This document shows, one piece after another, positions 19,817-29,379 of a stretch of DNA of 64,000 nucleotides. Position 1 is the first letter of the stretch. Every line of letters begins with the position of its first letter. Made by a program: the position numbers and the translations under genes. The notes below the pieces were generated by a model, which had not been told where the DNA came from, did not search any database, and saw nothing but the letters and a program-made list of their open reading frames with translations. This DNA is from Spirochaetia bacterium (GTDB lineage: Bacteria; Spirochaetota; Spirochaetia; CADAEX01): the NCBI GenBank assembly GCA_045606105.1, contig JAZURI010000011.1, positions 91,240-155,239 on the forward strand, written 5' to 3'.

Positions 19817-20796
19817 AAGAGACCAATCCTGAAAAAAAATATTTCAAGATAACCATAATCACCCTTATCGGAATAATCATACTGGCTGCAGCCTCTGCCC
19901 TTACCGGCTTCTTTGTAATGATCCGCGGGGCCGAGATCACCGTAGTTCCGGATGTAAAGGGAATGCAGCTGGAGGAAGCGCTGATAGAGATCCAGGACAA
20001 GGGACTCAATTCCTTTATCCAGCTCAAATACTCACAGGAACCGGGAGACAAGGGGGCGATCCTGGACCAGAAGCCTAATCCGGGTTCCATTCTCAGGGCC
20101 GGCAGCAAGATGACCCTCAGTGTCAGCCGCGGTGCGGTTATCGACAAGGTAGGAGACTACAGAGGCTGGGATATACAGGACCTGAGATCCCATTTCATGT
20201 CCATGTTCTCCACATACGGTACCCTTATCAGCATCAAGGAGCCGATAGTAACCATCTATAACGAAGCGCCTGAAGGGACTATCCTGGAGCAGAAGCCGCT
20301 GCCCGAAACACCCCTTACATCCTTTACCGAACTGGAGCTTATAGTCAGCCTCGGACCGGGAGATTCCATCTTCAAGGTGCCTGACTTCATTGAATTTGAC
20401 TTCATGAGTGCCATGCTCTATGCGGCAGATGAAAACATTCCGTTCACCTTCAGCCACAGAGCTGCAAAAAAGGATGAGCTCAAGGGTGTGATAGTGTCAC
20501 AGACCCCTACAGAGGAGTCCGAGGTCCCTAAGGGAACCATCCTTCAGTTTGTAATGACCACTCCGGAAACAAGCGACAATATCTCCTTCGGTATTCTTGA
20601 AAGGACATTGCCTGACTATCCGGTAAGTGTTAATCTGAAATATGAAATCATAAATCCGCGGGGAGAGAGAAACGAAGTCTTCTCCATGTATCACAAGGGT
20701 GGTGTAATAGCTATTCCTTATATGGTGGAAACAGGCTCTACCCTTATTCTTTCCGCAGAAGATAAGGAACTTGTTAATTTCCTGGTGAAAAACTAA
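19813..20796 (+). CDS. PASTA-domain membrane protein
   Basis: N-terminal TM; VPDVKG, ILDQKPNPG, ILEQKPLP, VSQTP repeats. Confidence 0.85.
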   Translation: MKETNPEKKYFKITIITLIGIIILAAASALTGFFVMIRGAEITVVPDVKGMQLEEALIEIQDKGLNSFIQLKYSQEPGDKGAILDQKPNPGSILRAGSKMTLSVSRGAVIDKVGDYRGWDIQDLRSHFMSMFSTYGTLISIKEPIVTIYNEAPEGTILEQKPLPETPLTSFTELELIVSLGPGDSIFKVPDFIEFDFMSAMLYAADENIPFTFSHRAAKKDELKGVIVSQTPTEESEVPKGTILQFVMTTPETSDNISFGILERTLPDYPVSVNLKYEIINPRGERNEVFSMYHKGGVIAIPYMVETGSTLILSAEDKELVNFLVKN

Positions 20797-20819
20797 TTAT
20801 TTAAAAACGGAGATATAAA

Positions 20820-21650
20820 ATGAGTGAATGTAATCATGACTGCTCAAGCTGCGGCAGCAACTGCAGTGAAAGAACAGAACCTCAGAGCTTCCTGGAGAAG
20901 CCGCATGAGCTTTCAAAAATCAAAAAAGTAATTGCAGTAGTCAGCGGAAAGGGAGGTGTAGGAAAATCCCTGGTAACCTCTATCCTTGCCGTTATGATGA
21001 ACAACAAAGGATATAAGACAGCAATTCTTGATGCCGATATCACAGGTCCTTCAATTCCAAAGGCTTTCGGCGTATGCGACAGACCTAAGCAGGACGGCGA
21101 CGGATTCCTCCCTGTAAAGAGCAGAACCGGCGTAAATATCATGTCACTGAACCTTCTTCTGGAAAACGAAAGCGATCCTGTAATCTGGAGAGGTCCGGTT
21201 ATCGCAGGTGCGGTAAAGCAGTTCTGGACAGATGTTATCTGGGGAGATGTGGACTATATGTTCATCGACATGCCTCCCGGAACAGGCGATGTTGCCCTGA
21301 CAGTATTCCAGAGCATTCCTATCGACGGTATCGTTATCGTCACATCACCTCAGGAGCTGGTTTCCATGATTGTTGAGAAGGCTGTAAACATGGCAAAGAC
21401 CATGGATATTCCTATCCTCGGCATGGTGGAAAACATGAGCTATGTAAAGTGTCCTGACTGCAACAAGGAAATCAGGATTTTCGGCGAGAGTCATCTTGAA
21501 GAGACTGCAAAGAAGTACGGAATCGAGGTTACAGACAAGCTTCCTATGGCACCGGTAATTGCTACCGCATGTGACAGAGGTATGGCAGAATTCCTCGAAG
21601 GAAGATTCCTCCCTGACCACATCAAGATGCTTGAAGAGCTTATCAAATAA
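20820..21650 (+). CDS. Mrp/NBP35 Fe-S cluster carrier ATPase
   Basis: N-terminal Cys cluster, SGKGGVGKS, DMPPGTGD, ENMS..CPDC. Confidence 0.92.
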   Translation: MSECNHDCSSCGSNCSERTEPQSFLEKPHELSKIKKVIAVVSGKGGVGKSLVTSILAVMMNNKGYKTAILDADITGPSIPKAFGVCDRPKQDGDGFLPVKSRTGVNIMSLNLLLENESDPVIWRGPVIAGAVKQFWTDVIWGDVDYMFIDMPPGTGDVALTVFQSIPIDGIVIVTSPQELVSMIVEKAVNMAKTMDIPILGMVENMSYVKCPDCNKEIRIFGESHLEETAKKYGIEVTDKLPMAPVIATACDRGMAEFLEGRFLPDHIKMLEELIK

Positions 21651-22110
21651 GTTTCTTTTTTAAGGACTGCGCTACTGTTTCCAGAGCTCTCGGATCTGTT
21701 TTTCCGGCACTGAACAGAAGGCGCAGTATCTCTTTTCTAATATCCTCAGGATAAAGAGCCAGAACCTGACGGCTTTTTTCCTTTCCCGCATGCTTCAGAA
21801 CCACAGCCGCAATTACGGCAGACTCCCCTTCAAGAGCTGCAAAAAGCCTGTCGGCATCGGTATTTTCCAGAAAGTCCATTGAATTCCTTTCCTTTTCGAA
21901 AGGGGTGTTATCCAATACGTTATGCCAGGTGAATCTCCTGTTTTTTGCAGAAAAGCTTTTGAGCTCCCTTAGTACTGAGTTATCTCCCTTGGGAGCAGCA
22001 GCACTTTTCAGCTTTTCCACCTCTTCGGAATCCAGATATGAAACTATTTCCCTGCATCTCTCCTCCCCCAGAAGGAACAGCAGTCCGGCAGCCTTTTCTT
22101 TTTTATCCAT
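21643..22110 (-). CDS. Short FliG N/middle-domain-like protein
   Basis: KAAGLLFLLGEE...YLDSEEVEKL resembles the FliG N-terminus; LEGESAVIAAVVL resembles the FliG middle domain; only 155 aa. Confidence 0.6.
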   Translation of the reverse strand: MDKKEKAAGLLFLLGEERCREIVSYLDSEEVEKLKSAAAPKGDNSVLRELKSFSAKNRRFTWHNVLDNTPFEKERNSMDFLENTDADRLFAALEGESAVIAAVVLKHAGKEKSRQVLALYPEDIRKEILRLLFSAGKTDPRALETVAQSLKKKLI

Positions 22111-22121
22111 AATCAGATTAT

Positions 22122-22181
22122 ATTATACCCTTTTTTCCTCGTCCACCGTTTTTATAAAAAAGGGAATTGCCAGGAATGAAA
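22122..22181. repeat. 60-bp direct repeat, left copy (duplicate of the MFS gene 3' end)
   Basis: Identical to 23545..23604. Confidence 0.95.
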
Positions 22182-22302
22182 GATAATCTTGTAAATAAAT
22201 ACTATCTATTAGGTAGTTATAAAGGTATTTAAATTTCTTCCAAAAAAAATTTTTTTATGATACTATCAAAAATACCTAAAACTACCAATGGAAAAAATAT
22301 AA

Positions 22303-23541
22303 ATGAATATTTTTATAAAAACAATAATAAAGAAAATTTGGAAATTCATTTTTAGAATCTGGAGATTTTTAAACAAAAAAGCAGAAGGACTAAATAGGAG
22401 AATTGATAAACCTAAAAGAATACTTCCCGAAACTGTTTTTATCGATAAAACATACAAAAATATTATTTCATCCCAAGGATTTTTATATAGCGGTTCTTCT
22501 ACTTTGATAGGACTGTTTCAAGAATTTAATAATACAACAACATTAGGCATGCCTGATTATGTATATTCAGGAAAAAAAGTAAAGAAAGGAGCTGAAGTTC
22601 GTTTTTTTGCCGACTCAAATGTTTTTAACTTTATTGAAGCTTTTTACTCAGATAATGAAGTTTACCAAGATGCAGTTATAAAAAAATTTATTCGCTTTAT
22701 AAACGTTGCATATTATAATAAAGGATTATACTCCTGGGATAAAAATCCTCTTGTTTATAATGAATTTTTTCTTAAGAATGCTTTAGATTTTCTTTTTGCC
22801 ACATTGGAACTTGATGATAAATCAAAAATTCTGGCTGAAAAAAATCATCTTCCTCTCACCTGGAATTCAGCGGATGAAAAATATAAAGGCTATTCATTTA
22901 TGTTTGGAGAGGGCATTCATCAATATATATTTTATAAATATAAAAAAATAGAACCTAAGGTTTTTGAATTTCATGTAAAAAATTTCTTTTCTAATTTTTT
23001 TAATTCTGTACAAAGTAAAGATTATTTAATATGTGACCAATTACTAAACACTGTTAAACTTGATAAATTAGCAAAAATAAACCAATACCTAGATACCCCT
23101 ATTAAAACAATTAGTGTTATAAGGGATCCAAGAGATCAATATATTTCAGCTTTCAGACATAATGATACTTTTTATTTAAGTGATACATTAGACGGTTATG
23201 TAAACTTTTATTTATCAATGGTTCAACCTGTAATAAACAGTAACAACCCACATAGATTGGTACTCAGATTTGAAGATATTGTACTTAAATATGATGAATC
23301 AGTTCAAAAAATAATAGATTTTGTCGGCATAGATAAATCATGTCATATTGCCCCGAAATCAGTTTTCAATCCGGCATTATCGGTAGTTAATATAGGTGGA
23401 TATAAAAAATTCCACAATCAGGATTTTATGAAACAAATTGAAGAGCGGTTACCTAACTTCTGTTATTATCCTGAAAAAGAAAATCTATCCGAAGAAGCAT
23501 GGAAAATGCTTAAGGAAAATAATTTTAAAGAGCTGGAATAA
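22303..23541 (+). CDS. Sulfotransferase-like P-loop protein in an AT-rich insertion
   Basis: GFLYSGSSTL (5'-PSB-like), VIRDPRDQY (3'-PB-like), LRFEDIV; much lower GC than flanks. Confidence 0.65.
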   Translation: MNIFIKTIIKKIWKFIFRIWRFLNKKAEGLNRRIDKPKRILPETVFIDKTYKNIISSQGFLYSGSSTLIGLFQEFNNTTTLGMPDYVYSGKKVKKGAEVRFFADSNVFNFIEAFYSDNEVYQDAVIKKFIRFINVAYYNKGLYSWDKNPLVYNEFFLKNALDFLFATLELDDKSKILAEKNHLPLTWNSADEKYKGYSFMFGEGIHQYIFYKYKKIEPKVFEFHVKNFFSNFFNSVQSKDYLICDQLLNTVKLDKLAKINQYLDTPIKTISVIRDPRDQYISAFRHNDTFYLSDTLDGYVNFYLSMVQPVINSNNPHRLVLRFEDIVLKYDESVQKIIDFVGIDKSCHIAPKSVFNPALSVVNIGGYKKFHNQDFMKQIEERLPNFCYYPEKENLSEEAWKMLKENNFKELE

Positions 23542-23544
23542 ATA

Positions 23545-23604
23545 ATTATACCCTTTTTTCCTCGTCCACCGTTTTTATAAAAAAGGGAATTGCCAGGAAT
23601 GAAA
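23545..23604. repeat. 60-bp direct repeat, right copy
   Basis: ATTATACCCTTTTTTCCTCGTCCACCGTTTTTATAAAAAAGGGAATTGCCAGGAATGAAA. Confidence 0.95.
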
Positions 23605-24766
23605 AACCGCCTGTTACGGCAGGAATAAGCCAGTACAGAGTGTAGGATCCGCCGGTTCCGTCCATGACTGCGCCGCCCAGCATATAGCCCAGCAGAGATG
23701 CAGGGGCCGATATGGCCAGAGAATAGAACTGATGGAAGGCAGCCCTGTTTTCGGGCCGGCTGAAGGAGTCCAGATGGATGAAGGTACAGGAAAGGAACAG
23801 AGCTGAAACCAGACCGTGACACAGGATTCCCGGTATTACGGCCCCCGGTCCGGGAGCAGCTGCAAAGATAAGATATTTGATCATGCAGAAAAAAGCTCCG
23901 GCCCCCATGACCTTTCCCACTCCGAATCGGTTCAGGAAATGTCCCATGAAAACCATGACCGCCACCTCGGTTATCATTCCCAGAGAAATGACCAGGGCTA
24001 TGTTTCCCTCCGGAAGTCCCATATCCTTAAGAAAAGGGGCAGCTCCCATAAAATAATAGTGATCCTGCATTGTCATGAAAATACAGATTACCATGAATCC
24101 CAGGAACTGAAGCTTCACTCCCCGCTCCATACTGCAGAGACTGCGGAAAAAATTCTCCCCTTTCACCCTTCCCTGCTGGCTTCTGTCCTGCCTGAAATGA
24201 CAAAGTCCCCTGAAAATGATCAGTGCACTGAGAAAAGCGGCCCCTCCGGCCACATGGAAAAGTCCTCCGAAGTTTCTTTCAAAGGGGAGCGCCACTGCAG
24301 GATTCATCCAGATACAGGAAAAAAATACTGCAGCTCCTATCCAGCCCAGAGTTCCCCAGACACGGAATTTTCCGTAGTCGTTTCTTCCCCTGCCGGAAAG
24401 ATTTCTGAAGGTCAGTGCATTTATAAGGGCAAAATCGGGTTTGTGAAAAATATTGAATATGAAAAAAAGGAAAAATACCGGAGCAAAGGAGCGGAAGAAG
24501 GGAATAAGTGACAGAACCAGGAAAACTGCCAGCTCGTTCATCATCAGCAGCCTTTCCACCCTGATTACCCGGTCAGCAAGAAAAATCAGTATCAGCGGCG
24601 AAAGGAATGCAGCTATGGTTTCAGTGGTCAGTATCAGACCGGTCTGAATGCCCCCGAAGCCCAGATAATCCCGGCAGTAAAGACTGGTAAGGGAAAGCAA
24701 TGTCCCCTTGATTACAAATTCGAGAAAAAAAAGTGAGGATAGAACAGCTGCAGTTCTTTTATTCAT
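23546..24766 (-). CDS. MFS transporter (nucleoside permease-like)
   Basis: About 12 TM segments; YGKFRVWGTLGW motif. Confidence 0.85.
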   Translation of the reverse strand: MNKRTAAVLSSLFFLEFVIKGTLLSLTSLYCRDYLGFGGIQTGLILTTETIAAFLSPLILIFLADRVIRVERLLMMNELAVFLVLSLIPFFRSFAPVFFLFFIFNIFHKPDFALINALTFRNLSGRGRNDYGKFRVWGTLGWIGAAVFFSCIWMNPAVALPFERNFGGLFHVAGGAAFLSALIIFRGLCHFRQDRSQQGRVKGENFFRSLCSMERGVKLQFLGFMVICIFMTMQDHYYFMGAAPFLKDMGLPEGNIALVISLGMITEVAVMVFMGHFLNRFGVGKVMGAGAFFCMIKYLIFAAAPGPGAVIPGILCHGLVSALFLSCTFIHLDSFSRPENRAAFHQFYSLAISAPASLLGYMLGGAVMDGTGGSYTLYWLIPAVTGGFSFLAIPFFIKTVDEEKRV

Positions 24767-24768
24767 CC

Positions 24769-26964
24769 CTATTCCCTGAACTTATCAGGCAGGTGGAGAA
24801 TTTCCCTTGGCTTGCTTCCGTTGGCCGGGCCTATTATCCCCCTGGCCTCCATCTCTTCTATAAGGCGTGCCGCCCTGTTATAGCCTATGGAGAGCCGGCG
24901 CTGGAGATATGATGCAGAGGCTTTTCCCGTGGAGGCCACAACACCCAGGGCCCTGTCGAAAAGGGAATCCCCTTCTGAGCCGGTATAGCAGTCACTGTCA
25001 CCCAGATCGTCATCATCCATGAATATCTCATCATCGATATATTCCGGTTCACCCATTTTCCTGACCTCGGAAACAAGTCTTTCAACCTCTTCGTCGGAAA
25101 GGAAGGCACTCTGGATTCTTGTTATGTTCGGATCCCATGAGGATTTGAAAAGCATGTCACCCTTGCCCAGCAGCATTTCGGCACCGCCGCTGTCCAGAAT
25201 AACCCTGGAATCGGTATAGCTGGCTACCATGAAGGCAATTCTCGACGGAATATTGGCCTTGATGACACCGGTAATGACATCAACGGAAGGTCTCTGGGTT
25301 GCCAGCACCAGATGGATACCTACTGCCCTGGCCTTGGCTGTAAGGCGTGAAACCGCAGGCTCAAGCTCCTTTCCGGAGGTAAGCATGAGATCGGCAAACT
25401 CATCTATGATAACCAGGATATAAGGAAGCGGTTCCAATGCTATCCTGTTGGCCTTGATTTTCTTGTTGAAAGCTTCAATATTGCGGACATCGATGGTTTC
25501 AAGCAGCGAATAACGCCTTTCCATTTCGGCAATACAGTAATTCAGGGCCTGAAGTGCCTTTTTCGGATCGGTGATAACCGGTGTAAGCAGATGCGGTACA
25601 CCGTTGTACATCTTCAGCTCAACCACCTTAGGGTCGATAAGTATCATCTTCACATCATCGGGATGCTTCTTGTAGAGAATGGTGGAAATCAGGGCATTTA
25701 CACAGACCGATTTTCCTGAGCCTGTGGCACCGGCTATAAGAATATGAGGTGTCCTGGCCAGATCGATAACCTGGGCATCTCCCTCAATATCCCTTCCCAG
25801 AATGAACGGAACCGCCGCCTTGTCAAGGTCGGGATTCTTCCGGCTTATAAGCTCCTTGAAGCCTACTATGCTCCTTTTCATGTTAGGGATTTCCACCCCG
25901 ACAGCCCTTTTTCCCGGTATCGGAGCCACTATTCTTACACTTCTGGCTGCCATGTTGAGGGCAATGTTGTCGGCCAATCCCGCAATCTTGGAAACATTGA
26001 CTCCCGATGCAGGAAGAATCTCGAACATGGTGATTACAGGCCCTTTCCTGATGCCTGTGATCTTGGCCTCTATCTTGAATTCACGGAGAGTGCCCAGAAG
26101 GATTTCCGCATCCTCACGGGTTTCGTCGGTTATATCAAAGGCCTGGTCGTTGCTTCTGTCCTCCAGCACCTCGTCCACCGGAATCTCATATTTTGCCCTT
26201 CTTTTACGGTGAACCATGGGTATCGGTTTATCATCGGACGGAATTTCGATAACAATGTCATCCTCTTCAGGCTCCGGAACAGGCCGGGCTTCAGGCAGCT
26301 GCTCAGGCTCTTCACGGTATCCGATGCCGGAATTGAATTCACTGAAACTGATATCAACCGGCTCATCATCAGCCTGCCCCTCTGGAACAGGTACCTTTTC
26401 AAAGCCCATCTTTATATAGGATTCGGGCGGAAGCTCAGGCTCAGGTGCTGCTTCGGTACTCTCTGCTTCCATATCGGAGAAAATGTCATTTTCGCGGAGC
26501 TTCTCCTCCCACTCATCAAGTTCCTCTTCGTATTTCTCATCTTCCTCTTCACGGGATGAACCGAAGCTGAAGGAGAAACGGTCCCTGAAAAAGAGAACCA
26601 GGATTCCGTATATTTCTGCTATAAAAAAGAATGCAATCAGGATTGAGTAAACTACCTTCAGGGCATCATCGCCGGCTATTACACGGCAGAACCATGCGGC
26701 TGTGACAAACGGAATGACAGAGGAAAGCTGTATATATATAACTTTCCGGCTGAAGCCATCGAAAAGAAGGTATATTCCGCTGAACAGAAAGTAGAGGGGA
26801 ACATAGAAGGAGGCCTGAAGAAAACGGTCGTAGAGAAAGGTTCCCACTGTAGTAAGGCTCAATACCCGGTTCCCTCCGGCTGCAGCTGCAATGGCAAGAG
26901 TCGTAAAAACTGACAGAAACAACAGCAAGGCAGAAGTTATGATTGTTTTTTTAGTTTTGTTCAA
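24769..26964 (-). CDS. ftsK: DNA translocase FtsK
   Basis: PHILIAGATGSGKS, IIDEFADL, LATQRPS, gamma domain LQRRLSIGYNRAAR. Confidence 0.96.
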   Translation of the reverse strand: MNKTKKTIITSALLLFLSVFTTLAIAAAAGGNRVLSLTTVGTFLYDRFLQASFYVPLYFLFSGIYLLFDGFSRKVIYIQLSSVIPFVTAAWFCRVIAGDDALKVVYSILIAFFFIAEIYGILVLFFRDRFSFSFGSSREEEDEKYEEELDEWEEKLRENDIFSDMEAESTEAAPEPELPPESYIKMGFEKVPVPEGQADDEPVDISFSEFNSGIGYREEPEQLPEARPVPEPEEDDIVIEIPSDDKPIPMVHRKRRAKYEIPVDEVLEDRSNDQAFDITDETREDAEILLGTLREFKIEAKITGIRKGPVITMFEILPASGVNVSKIAGLADNIALNMAARSVRIVAPIPGKRAVGVEIPNMKRSIVGFKELISRKNPDLDKAAVPFILGRDIEGDAQVIDLARTPHILIAGATGSGKSVCVNALISTILYKKHPDDVKMILIDPKVVELKMYNGVPHLLTPVITDPKKALQALNYCIAEMERRYSLLETIDVRNIEAFNKKIKANRIALEPLPYILVIIDEFADLMLTSGKELEPAVSRLTAKARAVGIHLVLATQRPSVDVITGVIKANIPSRIAFMVASYTDSRVILDSGGAEMLLGKGDMLFKSSWDPNITRIQSAFLSDEEVERLVSEVRKMGEPEYIDDEIFMDDDDLGDSDCYTGSEGDSLFDRALGVVASTGKASASYLQRRLSIGYNRAARLIEEMEARGIIGPANGSKPREILHLPDKFRE

Positions 26965-26975
26965 AATTCCTCCGG

Positions 26976-27869
26976 TTATCGGACTCTGATCATCAGGATG
27001 GTTCCTGGGTAAATTTTAGTCGGATCGGCAATACGGTTTTCCCGTGCGATCTCAAGATACATGTACGGATCTATGCAGAAGGTTCTGGCTATGGACCAGA
27101 GAGTATCACCGTACCTGACTTTATATCTGATATATTCAGGTACATAATATATCGGCTGAGGTGGTGTTGCAGGAGGCACAGGAGGTCTGTGGTACGGACA
27201 TCCGTGATATACCGGCGGATAGCAATGTACAGGGGGCTGCGGTGCAGGCTCATGTACTGCCGGAGGGGGAGCAACAGGCTCTGATACAACCGGTTCCGGT
27301 ATAGGTTCCGGCTCAGGTATCGGTTCAGGGGCTGCAGGGACAGGCTCCGGTGCAGGCTCGCTGAACATGACCACAGTTCCCTTTTCGGTTACGGCCGGCA
27401 TGTTGACCACGGCATATACCACCACTCCCGAAAGGAATGCCAGTATTACGGTCATTACAAAAAGAAGAATCTGGAGATTACGGACAGTCCTGTCGATAAC
27501 CGGGCTGCAGGCAGCACCTGAAACAGGTCTGCTGACAGGAGCCGGCCTCTCTGCAGGCTCAGGTTCAGGCTTCTTTTCCGGTTCAGGTGCCGGCAGCACG
27601 GCATTGAGGATTCCCCTGTTTCCGGTACGGGTGTCGGTGGCTGTGGCTATGAGGGTCCGCCCCACACTTTCCATTATCAGCTCTATGTCGGAATCATCCT
27701 TTATCCCGTCAAGAAATATGGAACCGAGGTGATAGTCATCGGACAAAAAATCAATCCTGACCTTTTCCTGCCCCTTGTTGGCGGCAGTCAGGACTATTTT
27801 TCTGCGACCTGAATTTTCTTCGAGAACAGGAAAAAAGCTTCCGTCCGCGATTCTTATTCCTATCATCAC
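26976..27869 (-). CDS. Membrane-anchored LysM protein with Pro-rich linker
   Basis: IGIRIADGSFFPVL N-domain, TM segment, PEP repeats, YKVRYGDTLWSIA LysM. Confidence 0.85.
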   Translation of the reverse strand: MMIGIRIADGSFFPVLEENSGRRKIVLTAANKGQEKVRIDFLSDDYHLGSIFLDGIKDDSDIELIMESVGRTLIATATDTRTGNRGILNAVLPAPEPEKKPEPEPAERPAPVSRPVSGAACSPVIDRTVRNLQILLFVMTVILAFLSGVVVYAVVNMPAVTEKGTVVMFSEPAPEPVPAAPEPIPEPEPIPEPVVSEPVAPPPAVHEPAPQPPVHCYPPVYHGCPYHRPPVPPATPPQPIYYVPEYIRYKVRYGDTLWSIARTFCIDPYMYLEIARENRIADPTKIYPGTILMIRVR

Positions 27870-27939
27870 CTCTCCTGTTTAAAAAATACATTGAGTTAAA
27901 GTTATTGTCAATCATTATATAATTCTATATTATAAAGCC

Positions 27940-29163
27940 ATGATCAGAATTAACGAAAACTATAACAGACTGCAGACTTCCTATCTGTTCTCAGATATTT
28001 CAAAGAAGATTGCAGCTTTCCAGAAAGAAAATCCTGAAAAGGAAATAATCAAGATGGGTATCGGAGATGTTACCCTTCCTCTTCCTGAAGTATGTATCAA
28101 GGCACTTCACAAGGCTGCCGACGAGCTTTCATGCAAGGAGAGCTTCAAGGGCTACGGTCCTGAACAGGGCTACGATTTCCTCAGAAGCGCTGTGGCAGAA
28201 AACGATTTCAATTCCAGAGGAGCCGATATCAAGGCAGATGAGGTTTTCATCAGCGACGGTGCAAAATGCGATACAGGAAACTTCCAGGAGCTTTTCTCCA
28301 AGGATATCAAGGTAGCCATTCCCGATCCTGTTTACCCTGTATATTCAGATACAAACGTAATGGCAGGAAGAAGCGGCGAGTTCGTGAACGGCAGATATGC
28401 AGACTATATCTACCTGGATTCCACAGAAGCCAACAACTATGTTCCGGACCTTCCTAAGGAAAAGGCAGACCTTATCTATCTCTGCTTCCCTAACAACCCT
28501 ACAGGCTCAACAGCAACCAAGGAACAGCTGAAGAAATGGGTGGACTATGCAAGAGAAAACAAGTCACTTATCCTTTTCGATGCGGCATACGAATGCTTTA
28601 TCAGGGACGAATCCCTTCCTAAATCCATTTTCGAGATCGAGGGTGCAAAGGAAGTGGCAGTAGAATTCAGAAGCTTCTCAAAGACAGCAGGCTTTACCGG
28701 TGTAAGATGCGGATTCACCGTAATTCCAAAAGAATGCAAGGTTTGGGACGAAGCCGGAAAGGAATATTCTCTCCACGCACTCTGGAACAGAAGACACACA
28801 ACCAAGTTCAACGGTGCTTCATATCCTGTCCAGAAGGCTGCAGAGGCAGTCTACACTCCTGAAGGAAAGGCTCAGGTAAGAGCTCTTACCGATTATTATC
28901 TGGGAAATGCAAAGCTTATCAAGGAAGCGGTTCTTTCAACAGGGCTCAGATGTACAGGCGGCGACAACTCCCCTTATGTATGGGTGAACACACAGAAGGA
29001 TTCATGGGAATTTTTCGACCTTCTCCTGAAGGAATGCGGAATCGTATGTACTCCGGGTTCAGGCTTCGGAAGCTGCGGAAACGGCTATGTACGCTTCAGT
29101 GCCTTTAACTCCAGGGAGAACACAGAAAAGGCCATGGAGAAGCTGGTAAGATTTCTTAAATAA
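27940..29163 (+). CDS. dapL: LL-diaminopimelate aminotransferase
   Basis: SYLF, GIGDVT, GYGPEQG, PNNPTG, SFSKTAGFTGVRCG, TPGSGFG. Confidence 0.93.
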   Translation: MIRINENYNRLQTSYLFSDISKKIAAFQKENPEKEIIKMGIGDVTLPLPEVCIKALHKAADELSCKESFKGYGPEQGYDFLRSAVAENDFNSRGADIKADEVFISDGAKCDTGNFQELFSKDIKVAIPDPVYPVYSDTNVMAGRSGEFVNGRYADYIYLDSTEANNYVPDLPKEKADLIYLCFPNNPTGSTATKEQLKKWVDYARENKSLILFDAAYECFIRDESLPKSIFEIEGAKEVAVEFRSFSKTAGFTGVRCGFTVIPKECKVWDEAGKEYSLHALWNRRHTTKFNGASYPVQKAAEAVYTPEGKAQVRALTDYYLGNAKLIKEAVLSTGLRCTGGDNSPYVWVNTQKDSWEFFDLLLKECGIVCTPGSGFGSCGNGYVRFSAFNSRENTEKAMEKLVRFLK

Positions 29164-29166
29164 AAC

Positions 29167-29195
29167 TTGATTTACGGACCGATAGGTTCTATAAT
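29167..29195 (+). promoter_or_regulatory. Sigma70-type promoter of the thi operon
   Basis: TTGATT-17 bp-TATAAT. Confidence 0.75.
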
Positions 29196-29202
29196 CAAAA
29201 AT

Positions 29203-29288
29203 ACAACGGGAGCTTGTGAGACAGGCTGAGATAAGGGTGTCACCCTTGACCGGTTACCTGATTTGGATAATGCCAACGTAGGGACATA
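29203..29288 (+). ncRNA. TPP riboswitch aptamer
   Basis: GGGAGC...GCTGAGA...ACCTGAT..GGATAATGCCAACGTAGGGA upstream of thiM. Confidence 0.93.
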
Positions 29289-29296
29289 AATTGCAG

Positions 29297-29336
29297 AAAA
29301 GCAGATATGCCATACAGGGCGGTCTGCTTTTTTTTT
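29297..29336 (+). terminator. Riboswitch expression-platform terminator
   Basis: AAAAGCAGAT...GTCTGCTTTTTTTTT. Confidence 0.8.
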
Positions 29337-29379
29337 GCCCCGGTACCGGATCCCGATATTTACCTTTCAGGAGGAATAA

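Noticed and set aside
22122-23604. IS element or integron cassette
   Set aside because: No transposase, terminal inverted repeats or attC core sites; the 60-bp duplication is too long for a TSD.
27230-27600. Short DNA repeats (GGTTC/GGCTC units)
   Set aside because: Explained by Pro-Glu codons in the LysM linker.
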